A DNA stretch of 64,000 nt from a virus (lineage: Duplodnaviria; Caudoviricetes): the IMG/VR virus record IMGVR_UViG_3300021256_000081, positions 1 through 64,000 of that record; one strand, 5' to 3'. The translations under genes were made by a program, and so were the position numbers. Under the pieces are notes generated by a model that saw nothing but the letters and a program-made list of their open reading frames with translations, was not told where the DNA came from and searched no databases. How positions within the stretch are numbered: position 1 is the first letter of the stretch; each line of letters opens with the position of its first letter. This document shows positions 18,172-25,876 of the stretch, piece after piece.

Positions 18172-18609
18172 TCAAGCCCTCTTGAACTTTGCAATCTGTT
18201 TGGTGTTCATCAGTGTAGCAGAATCAAGTTTAATCTGAATCTGTTCGCCATTGACTTCGATGTCACCCTGTACCCAAAACGGAACTGTATCTTTTTCCCA
18301 AGTCTGACCGAAGTATTCAGTAACGATTTTCTCGAAGATTTCGCCCTTATTGTACTTTTCAGCGGTCAGCAGGTCAGCACTTCCGAGGAGTACCGCGCCC
18401 TTATGGAGCAACTGCTTTTTATACTGGCGCTTGATGCGGAGCCTGAGGTTTTCGCCCTGATTGCGGCTTGCCTGTTCTACCTGTAAGAATCTAGGCATAA
18501 TTTCCGCAACTTTGGTCATGTACAGATTGCCGTCATAGGTGAATCCGATAATGTAGGAATCAGCGGCGGAGTGAGTGCGGTAGTGCTTAATCATCGTGGT
18601 TTTGTTCAT
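18172..18609 (-). CDS. putative PD-(D/E)XK-fold protein
   Basis: NKGEIFE...GDIEVNGEQIQIK resembles a restriction-nuclease-like core with QxK. Confidence 0.5.
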   Translation of the reverse strand: MNKTTMIKHYRTHSAADSYIIGFTYDGNLYMTKVAEIMPRFLQVEQASRNQGENLRLRIKRQYKKQLLHKGAVLLGSADLLTAEKYNKGEIFEKIVTEYFGQTWEKDTVPFWVQGDIEVNGEQIQIKLDSATLMNTKQIAKFKRA

Positions 18610-18810
18610 GGTCTTAACCTTCCTTACACTTATAATTATAATCACTTCCGGAATGATTGCAAGGGTTTTTATAAAAAAAGTTAAATTTTTTTATTTTTTT
18701 TGGCGGATCCATGAAACAATTTTCAAAAACATGAAAAAATGTAATGTAGGGTACGCGTGCGAGGTTTCGGGATGTTACCGATTTTGTCAAAAATTTTTTT
18801 GATTTTCCTC

Positions 18811-18839
18811 TTGACTTCTGGCCCTACGTGTGCTATAAT
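18811..18839 (+). promoter_or_regulatory. counter-oriented SigA promoter
   Basis: TTGACT-17-TATAAT with extended TG, followed by the GTTAG-N6-CTAAC palindrome at 18848-18863. Confidence 0.7.
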
Positions 18840-18884
18840 TTTCGATCGTTAGCGGTGACTAACCGAACGCAATAAAAAAAGCGG

Positions 18885-19049
18885 TTATTCCGCTTCACAA
18901 CGGCGGAGAGCCGCCTTGCGGGTATCGAACCCCGCCATGCCGCCCTCGGCATCGATGACGTACCACGTCACCCGTCCGCTAGTAGCGGCAACCACCTTCT
19001 TGATGGTGTAGGCTCCAGCAGCCCAAGTGTTTTCAGCGATTTTCTTCAT
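18885..19049 (-). CDS. hypothetical protein (54 aa)
   Basis: MKKIAENTWAAGAYTIKK..., promoter and AAGGAG SD. Confidence 0.65.
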   Translation of the reverse strand: MKKIAENTWAAGAYTIKKVVAATSGRVTWYVIDAEGGMAGFDTRKAALRRCEAE

Positions 19050-19109
19050 GTGTTTATCTCCTTTTCTTTACATTCTTATTATAGCAGATTCCGGAATAAT
19101 GTCAAGCAG

Positions 19110-19271
19110 TTAAGCAGAAATTTTTTCAATTTCTGCTTTCGCTGCCTGTATCCGCAGGTGCAGCAGCATGATGTCTTTCCGCACATCCTGCAGTGCCTCT
19201 TTCTGCATACGTGCCTTGTTAATGAGATTATCAACTGCCTGCTCCATTTCGATGAGTTCCTGCTTTGTCAT
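19110..19271 (-). CDS. small helical protein (53 aa)
   Basis: MTKQELIEMEQAVDNLI..., cassette. Confidence 0.65.
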   Translation of the reverse strand: MTKQELIEMEQAVDNLINKARMQKEALQDVRKDIMLLHLRIQAAKAEIEKISA

Positions 19272-19347
19272 AGTTCTTACCTCTCTTACATTATCATTAT
19301 AACACTTTCCTTCTGGTTGTCAATAGTTTTTTATAAAAAAATGAAGC

Positions 19348-19527
19348 CTATTTGAAGGCTTCGAGAGGGAGTTCCACCCATTCCCCGATGGAGTTGCCCA
19401 CCATGTCGAGGAACCTCTCTGCGAGGCTTGCCCGTGCCTGCAGGCGAGTGAGGGCCTCGTCACGGATTGCGAGGGTGATTTCCTCACCTGTTACTGTATT
19501 AGTCCAAGTTCTGCTGATTTCTGTCAT
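19348..19527 (-). CDS. hypothetical protein (59 aa)
   Basis: MTEISRTWTNTVTGEEI..., cassette. Confidence 0.65.
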   Translation of the reverse strand: MTEISRTWTNTVTGEEITLAIRDEALTRLQARASLAERFLDMVGNSIGEWVELPLEAFK

Positions 19528-19707
19528 GTTCTTATCTCCTTTTCTTTACATTATTAGTATAGCACACTTTTAAAGCGTGTCAAGTATTTTTTAGGATTTT
19601 TTTAAGTTATTTTTTTCACAAGCGATCCGCTCAAAATTTTCTGTAATGTAGGGTACGCGCAAATTTGTGCAGTTAGCGACCGCTAACCGCATTCACGAAA
19701 AAAAGAA

Positions 19708-19857
19708 CTAGGCGATTGCCGCCAGTTCCTTTTCGACCTTTTCGATTTCCGCTTTCAGCGTCTTGGCGAGGTTGAAGTCGTAACCTCTGTCCTTATTCTC
19801 GTTTCTGAGGTACTCCCATTCGAGTTCAGCGAGTTTCTTTTCGAGCATTTCTTTCAT
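19708..19857 (-). CDS. small helical protein (49 aa)
   Basis: MKEMLEKKLAELEWEYL..., cassette. Confidence 0.65.
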   Translation of the reverse strand: MKEMLEKKLAELEWEYLRNENKDRGYDFNLAKTLKAEIEKVEKELAAIA

Positions 19858-19906
19858 TTCCTTATCCTCTCTTTCTACTTTTATTATACCTTTTTCCGGG
19901 GTTTTG

Positions 19907-20029
19907 TCAATGCTTTTTAATAATTTTTTTAATTTTTTCTGTAACTGTTACCCATGCCCACGCTACTGCTACAAGTGGCGCCGCCATCAGTAGAATTCCC
20001 ATGTTGTGTGCAATCATCCAGTCGATCAT
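19907..20029 (-). CDS. single-TM peptide (40 aa)
   Basis: MIDWMIAHNMGILLMAAPLVAVAWAW..., cassette, TGA stop inside the next TTGACA. Confidence 0.55.
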   Translation of the reverse strand: MIDWMIAHNMGILLMAAPLVAVAWAWVTVTEKIKKIIKKH

Positions 20030-20093
20030 TTTTTTATCCTCTCTTTACATTATTATTATAACATTTTATTTTTATTTGTCAATACTTTTTTTA

Positions 20094-20204
20094 TTAAATG
20101 CGTGTGCTGTCAAGCAGTAACAATGTAACGAATCCAATTGTAAGTGCGACAACTGTGAAGGCGATTGCCAGCAGTTCAAGGTCAAACAGTGCGCTAGGTG
20201 TCAT
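20094..20204 (-). CDS. single-TM peptide (36 aa)
   Basis: MTPSALFDLELLAIAFTVVALTIGFVTLLLL..., cassette. Confidence 0.55.
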   Translation of the reverse strand: MTPSALFDLELLAIAFTVVALTIGFVTLLLLDSTRI

Positions 20205-20427
20205 AATTTTATACCTCTCTTTACATTATCATTATAACGCATTCCGGTGAAATGTCAATAGTTTTTTATAAATTATTTTTTTCACAAAGTCACGTTTCGG
20301 GATCACATGCATGCAGGTGACATGCGCGCATGTCGTCGCGATTTATCTGCTTGTTAATTATTTCACAAATTTTGGGCCGTTAGCGGTAGCTAACTCAAAT
20401 CAAAATAAAATAAAAAAAGATGAGGAC

Positions 20428-20622
20428 TTAATCCTCATCGTCATCCCAGCCCGCAGGCTCCGGAGCTTCGGAACCCTGCAGGGCGATGGCATTGTCTGCC
20501 ATGTCGAAGTCGGGATCGACTCCGTCAAGCTTGACCCAGAAGTCAAGGCAGGTGTCGTGCAGGATAACCTGCTTGTCCTGCGGAAGCTCAGCGAGCTTAG
20601 AGATGAGTTCGGAAACTGTCAT
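20428..20622 (-). CDS. hypothetical protein
   Basis: MTVSELISKLAELPQD..., AAGGAGG SD. Confidence 0.75.
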   Translation of the reverse strand: MTVSELISKLAELPQDKQVILHDTCLDFWVKLDGVDPDFDMADNAIALQGSEAPEPAGWDDDED

Positions 20623-20895
20623 GTTGTTTGTCCTCCTTGTTCCTTACAATTATTATTATACTCATCCGGTAACTGATTGCAATACTCGAAACGCAATTTG
20701 ATAGACTTTTTTAATTTAATTTATTATTTTTTATGAAAACTTTTTCATAGAATGTAACAATGTAATGTAGGGTACGCATGGCGCCTGGTGCGCACATAGC
20801 CATGCACGCATACACCTTGCATGCATGTCTGCTCCTGGACTGTGTGATTTTTTTCACAAGTGGTGTCGGATCGCAAACAAATAAAAGAGAGCGGT

Positions 20896-21162
20896 TCATC
20901 GCTCTCCGTAGAGTGTTCTCACGGGTTCGCCTTCGTAGAAGAACACTGTTACCCTGTCCTCTACATCAAGGTCGTCTGCTTCAATCTCGTGAATGTTTCC
21001 ATCGTCAAGCACAACAATGTAGTAGTCGTTGCTCTCTGCATAGCCTTCATAGGTCTGTTCTACTATTGTGCCATGCTGTGCTGTTACACCTACAGCCTGC
21101 AGGTCGATGTTGTTACCACGTGCGTACAGCGTGATGATGATGGCGATGATAACCCTCAGCAT
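20896..21162 (-). CDS. secreted or membrane-anchored small beta protein
   Basis: N-terminal hydrophobic segment, abuts the upstream gene. Confidence 0.7.
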   Translation of the reverse strand: MLRVIIAIIITLYARGNNIDLQAVGVTAQHGTIVEQTYEGYAESNDYYIVVLDDGNIHEIEADDLDVEDRVTVFFYEGEPVRTLYGER

Positions 21163-21333
21163 TTACTTGCCCTCTCTTTCTGCTACTGTGTAAGTGTGCA
21201 GTACCTCGTAGCAATGTTCCTGTACAAGATAGCAGACACTGCGTGAGTACAGATTCTTTCTGTTACGCAGAGCGTTGTAGTATCTGTGCGCCTGTGCCTT
21301 GTCATTGAATGTGCGTCTGTAGGTCTTTGTCAT
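21163..21333 (-). CDS. hypothetical protein (56 aa), first cassette of the leftward array
   Basis: MTKTYRRTFNDKAQAHRYYNAL..., promoter at about 21364-21393, AAGGAG SD. Confidence 0.65.
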   Translation of the reverse strand: MTKTYRRTFNDKAQAHRYYNALRNRKNLYSRSVCYLVQEHCYEVLHTYTVAEREGK

Positions 21334-22194
21334 AGTGTGTATCTCTCCTTACCTTACATACACATTATACACCTTGATGCACTAACATGTCAATACCTAA
21401 TGATTGACAATGTTGTATTATTGTTAATGTTTTGTTGTTGCGTTGTTCTTCTCTCTTCTTCTTCTCTCTGTCTCTCTTGGCTGGCTGGCGCCTGCCCTGC
21501 CCCTTGCCTGCCGGTACCCCTGCATGCATGTCCTGCTGGTAACGTTTCTGGAAACGTTTCCAGCCTGTTCTGATCTAAACCGGTTTAGTTGGTGGTGTTG
21601 TAGTTAGTGCTGACTAACTACTAATAGGTCAAGGTGTGTTCATCACCTGTTAGTGGTTAGCCTTGACTAACTCTACATGCATGCGTGTCACATGCTTGCA
21701 GGTTACGGGCAGCAGACAACGCTGGCCAGCGTGTCGCGTGCGAGCGACAGATTTCTGTATAGTATAGGCACGCTAAACAACGGCCGCTGCGCCCATCAGC
21801 GGCCGTACGAGCATCTATTATGTATTATTATCTCTTGCAATTATTTATTTATTGTTGTTGTATTGTTCTATCATTGTGTGTGTTGCTGTTGTGTCTCTCT
21901 CTGTGTGTGCTTGTGCCTTACTGTGCTGCGCAGGTGTGCTTGTCTGCTGTGTCTCTGCGGGGCCTTTGACGGGGGCCTGCATGCGATGGCCTTGTCGAGC
22001 TTCTAAGAATCTACCAACGTACTTGTGTATTTTTTGTCAGATGAAAACCCGGGGGGTGGGTTTCGGGATAAAAATTTTTTGAAAGGAAGGAAACATTATT
22101 CTCTCACCCCCACTCCCAGTCAATCCCTTTTTAAATCCGAAATCACGATTTCCTGAAAATTTCCTATATGGGCAGGAATTTTTCCAAACACGGT

Positions 22195-22452
22195 CTATCG
22201 CTTAATAAACACATGCCATACTAATCCCATAGCATCCTGCAATGTTCTAAAATATTCAAATTCTTTCAAATCTTCTGTACTAATCTCTTGTCCAGTCCAA
22301 AAAAGCCTAATCTCTATCTTTTTATTATAAGAAGAGTCTTCATTCACTAATGCCCACATCACTGGAATACCATCTTGCAACTGAATATCCAAAATTTCCA
22401 TAACAGGAGCTTCTACCGCTCCCTCCATTAAATTATACTTATAAATTTTCAC
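22195..22452 (-). CDS. hypothetical phage protein
   Basis: MKIYKY...ILDIQLQDGIPVMWALVN...WTGQ...LVWHVF. Confidence 0.75.
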   Translation of the reverse strand: MKIYKYNLMEGAVEAPVMEILDIQLQDGIPVMWALVNEDSSYNKKIEIRLFWTGQEISTEDLKEFEYFRTLQDAMGLVWHVFIKR

Positions 22453-23248
22453 TCTGTATCTCCTTAGCTTTTACCACATTTTCCAGAAGTGCGCATCTTG
22501 TCAATAATCCAACTCCACCAGGAACAGGAGTTACCTTCGCTTCGCTACTTGCGCCATTATAAACATCTCCAACTAGTTTGCTGCCATCCCAGTTAGTCCC
22601 CACATCAATAATGACCGCATCCTTTTTCGCCATAGTCGCGTCTAAGAAGTGCGCTCGCCCCACCGCGCACACAATCAAATCCGCTTTCGCCACCATGTCA
22701 TCCAATGTATGCACATTAGTTCTACTATGCGCCTGCACTACTGTCCAGTTCCTATCCAAAAGTAGCTTTGCTGTTGGTTTTCCAGCTAATGGTCCTCTAC
22801 CAATTACTAAAGCCAGTAGTCCAGTACCATCGCCCATTCCTAGGCTATCCAAATACGTAATAATTCCCTGCGCTGTTGCGGGATTATGCGGACTATCTGG
22901 TAAAAATCCATCCACGTCCCTCTCAGGAGATAACGCAGCTTGGATTGCTTTATTTACGTCTAGTTCTTTTGGAACAGGTAACTGCACAATTAACCCATTG
23001 CTTTCATCCTGATTGATAATCTGCGCTAATTGCACTGTGGTAGGACAACTGTCTTTTGGAATTCTATATAAAGTAGGTCTAATTCCTACTTCATTACAGT
23101 CCTTAATCTTATTATCTACATACTTTGTACTTGCTTGATAATCTCCTACTTGAATAATCGTTAAAGTAGGAAACTTATCCATTCGCGCAATTTTACTCTT
23201 TAATTCGTCTTTCCAGTTGCGCACAAAGGTCTTTACATCTAAATACAT
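22439..23248 (-). CDS. folD: bifunctional methylenetetrahydrofolate dehydrogenase/cyclohydrolase
   Basis: YxxxK, IVQLPVP, DVDG, GRG..AGKP, HSRT, IIDVG and VTPVPGGVGLLT motifs. Confidence 0.95.
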   Translation of the reverse strand: MYLDVKTFVRNWKDELKSKIARMDKFPTLTIIQVGDYQASTKYVDNKIKDCNEVGIRPTLYRIPKDSCPTTVQLAQIINQDESNGLIVQLPVPKELDVNKAIQAALSPERDVDGFLPDSPHNPATAQGIITYLDSLGMGDGTGLLALVIGRGPLAGKPTAKLLLDRNWTVVQAHSRTNVHTLDDMVAKADLIVCAVGRAHFLDATMAKKDAVIIDVGTNWDGSKLVGDVYNGASSEAKVTPVPGGVGLLTRCALLENVVKAKEIQSENL

Positions 23249-23250
23249 GA

Positions 23251-23409
23251 TTAGCCTTCTTTCTGCACTTTCTGAATAGTAATTTTCATATTTGGTTCAA
23301 GATAATATTTATTAAAAAGTCCCTGAACTAAAACCATTGCAGTTTCTAATGTCATATTCTCTGCGGCAAGGACACTATCAATATAAACACTAAACTTATC
23401 TTCTGTCAT
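23251..23409 (-). CDS. hypothetical protein (52 aa)
   Basis: MTEDKFSVYIDSVLAAENMTLETA..., AAGGAG SD. Confidence 0.65.
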   Translation of the reverse strand: MTEDKFSVYIDSVLAAENMTLETAMVLVQGLFNKYYLEPNMKITIQKVQKEG

Positions 23410-23461
23410 AATATATCTCCTTTTTTTCATAAATATTATACCAAAAATTTTTGTCTTTTGT

Positions 23462-23490
23462 TTGACTTGCGCGCAAAATTCTGTTATAAT
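23462..23490 (+). promoter_or_regulatory. SigA promoter at the head of the late cluster
   Basis: TTGACT-17-TATAAT with extended TG. Confidence 0.8.
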
Positions 23491-23517
23491 AGTTCTATAA
23501 ATACTGGGAGGAAGAAA

Positions 23518-24618
23518 ATGATCAAATTAGATTATTCTTTAAAAACTCCTGAAGAAAGATTAGAATTAGTTAAAAAGATATTAGAAGAAAATCCACATCC
23601 GAATTCTTCTTACTTAGAAATTTTAGCGAACTACTTAATCTTCTGTATGGAGAAAGAAGAGAAAAAGGAGAAAAAAATTCTCACTGAAAACCGTATGGCG
23701 ACAGTGAATAAAAGAGAAACTTCCTATGAAGGACTTGTATCCCAGTTTGAAAATGGAGAAGATGGTGTTTATAACATCACAAATAATGACAAACACGTAA
23801 TATTCCAACCAAAAATTTCAATAACAAAAAAAGATAGAGAAGATATACCAGAATTATCACAAACAGATGAAGCTATTGCGGCCTGGAGCGAGCGTCTCAA
23901 AAGATGCGAGGGTCGTGATGCATACATCGCCAAAACAGCACAAATAGACGCAAGAAAAGATCAATATATAATTAAACAACATCGTAAGCCTCCTGTTCAA
24001 GCTATGCATTTAGTGCATTCTGAACACCACACAGTTTTACCCGATGATACATGGATTGATGAAGATGGGAATGTAGTTTCAGAAGGAGTGTCCTTAACAA
24101 ATCCTACCGTCTGCTCAATAATTCTATGCAATTATTCTAAGTTGCGCCAGAATTGTTATGGAGACTTTTTTAGTGATACCTGATACCTTATGGAGGAATT
24201 TGATAAGGTTAGTTTGCGCGCATTGCATGACAAGCCTTTATATTACCGCTTAGTAGAATGTAAGATTGATGGTATGCAAAATGTAGAAATACAGGAAGTT
24301 TTAGAAGAAGAATTTGGCATTAAACATAGTCTTGAATATATCTCATCCCTTTGACGCAATAAAATACCTATCTTAATTGCGTCTGCGGCAGAAGATGATT
24401 TTCTTGACTGATATTATTTAAACATTGAAAAAGGTGTTTATAAACGTTGCAGCAGATGCGGTCAAATAAAATTAGCTCATAATAAATATTTTAGTAAAAA
24501 TAAAACAAGCAAAGACGGCTTCTATTCTATTTGTAAGGAATGTCGTAATAAGAAAAAGCCTAAATTTGAAGAAGATGGACAAAACCCCCCAATCTCATTC
24601 TCTAATTCTAAGAAATAG
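23518..24618 (+). CDS. 366-aa putative regulator with HTH-like region and C-terminal Zn finger (3 in-frame TGA)
   Basis: Frame continues through TGA at 24181, 24352 and 24409 to TAG. CSRC...CKEC motif. Confidence 0.7.
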
Positions 24619-24635
24619 AAAAGGAGGAATAATTT

Positions 24636-25874
24636 ATGGCTGATGTAAGCAAGAAAGATTTAATATTTTGTGAAAAATGTCATAGAACTTTAAAAAGGTC
24701 AGAATTTTATAAATCAAATAATTTAGAAAAATATCCAAACGGCGGAACTATTCCTATTTGTAAGAAGTGCGCGACAATGCACGTTAATAATTGAGACCCA
24801 TCTACGTTTCTTTGGATTCTTCAAGAAGCTGATGTCCCCTATATTCCAAAAGAATGGGATCAGCTTTTAATGTCGTATGGAACAGATAAATCTAAAGTTA
24901 CTGGCTTAACTATTATTGGGCGATATATTGGTAAGATGCATCTTAATCAATATAAAAAGTATCGCTGGAGAGATAGTGAAGCATTGCGCTTAAAAGATGA
25001 AAAAGAACTTACCGAAGCGATGGAACGTCAAGGTAAGAGCCAAACAGAAATAGACGAGGTTCTTGAAGCTAACCGATTTATAATTCCAGAAGGTGAGCTT
25101 AAGGAACCTGAAACTGCGGTTGCGCCGATGCCTGCGGACAATGGTCCAGAAGCATTTGTATCAATGCCTCTAGGGGGTAATTTTGATGACACTGCGATTT
25201 CTGCAGAAGAGCTTGGATTAACTGAAGATGATGTTCGTTATTTAAAGTTGCGTTGGGGACGTGCCTATAAGCCAGAAGAATGGATTTATTTGGAACGCTT
25301 TTACCGCAATTTTGAAGAAACATATGATATTCACACAGCAGGTCATAAAGACACTTTAATGAAACTCGCAAAAGTATCTCTTAAACTCGACCAGTTAATC
25401 GACCTCGGAGATATTGAAGGTGCGCAAAAGGCCGAAAAAATGTATGATAGTTTAATGAAGAGTGGCTCTTTTACCGCACATCAAAATAAGGAGGAAGAAA
25501 AACGTGGAATTGATTCTCTTGGAGAAGTTGTTGCTCTTTGCGAATCAAAGGGCTTTATACCCAGATATTACGTTGATAGTCCAAAAGATAAGGTTGATAG
25601 AGTATTGCAAGACTTACAAGAATATACTCGCTCTCTTATTATGGAAGAAACTAATATCGGTGACCTCATTGACAACGCGGTTCGTCAGATTGAGTTAGAA
25701 AAACAAAAAGAAGCTGAAGCTGATTTAGATGGTCAGACAGAAGAAGAGGCTTTAGAAGAATCTCTATTCTCTGAAAATAAGCAATATCTTTCTGATAATG
25801 CATTTACTGAATTTGGAGAATTTGAAGAAGAGTTAGAAGCAGAGAATGAAAAACTATTCTCAAAAGGAGAATAG
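24636..25874 (+). CDS. Zn-finger protein, probable terminase small subunit (TGA=Trp)
   Basis: AAGGAGG SD, CEKC...CKKC, one TGA in VNN(W)DPST, directly upstream of terL. Confidence 0.6.
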
Positions 25875-25876
25875 CT

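Larger units (their letters stand above)
9105..21985. repeat. dispersed (CATG)n / ATGCAT / GCATGC clusters
   Basis: Dense clusters at about 9114-9203, 10474-10595, 11872-12045, 12450-12490, 13165-13315, 14474-14603, 15467-15482, 16976-17030, 20305-20332, 20776-20828, 21520-21530, 21676-21700. Confidence 0.9.

Noticed and set aside
18848-21671. Integron attC sites
   Set aside because: Arm order is GTT..AAC with a 6-bp spacer rather than RYYYAAC...GTTRRRY over 55 bp or more, and no integrase is present.
9105-21985. CRISPR array
   Set aside because: No constant 25-45 bp repeat with regular spacers and no cas genes.
8911-22082. Cys/Met/His/Ala-rich ORFs in the track (e.g. 8911-9198, 10245-10529, 13060-13326, 20778-21134, 21677-22006)
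   Set aside because: They are translations of (CATG)n or TG repeats, or shadows of real minus-strand genes, and lack SD/promoter context.
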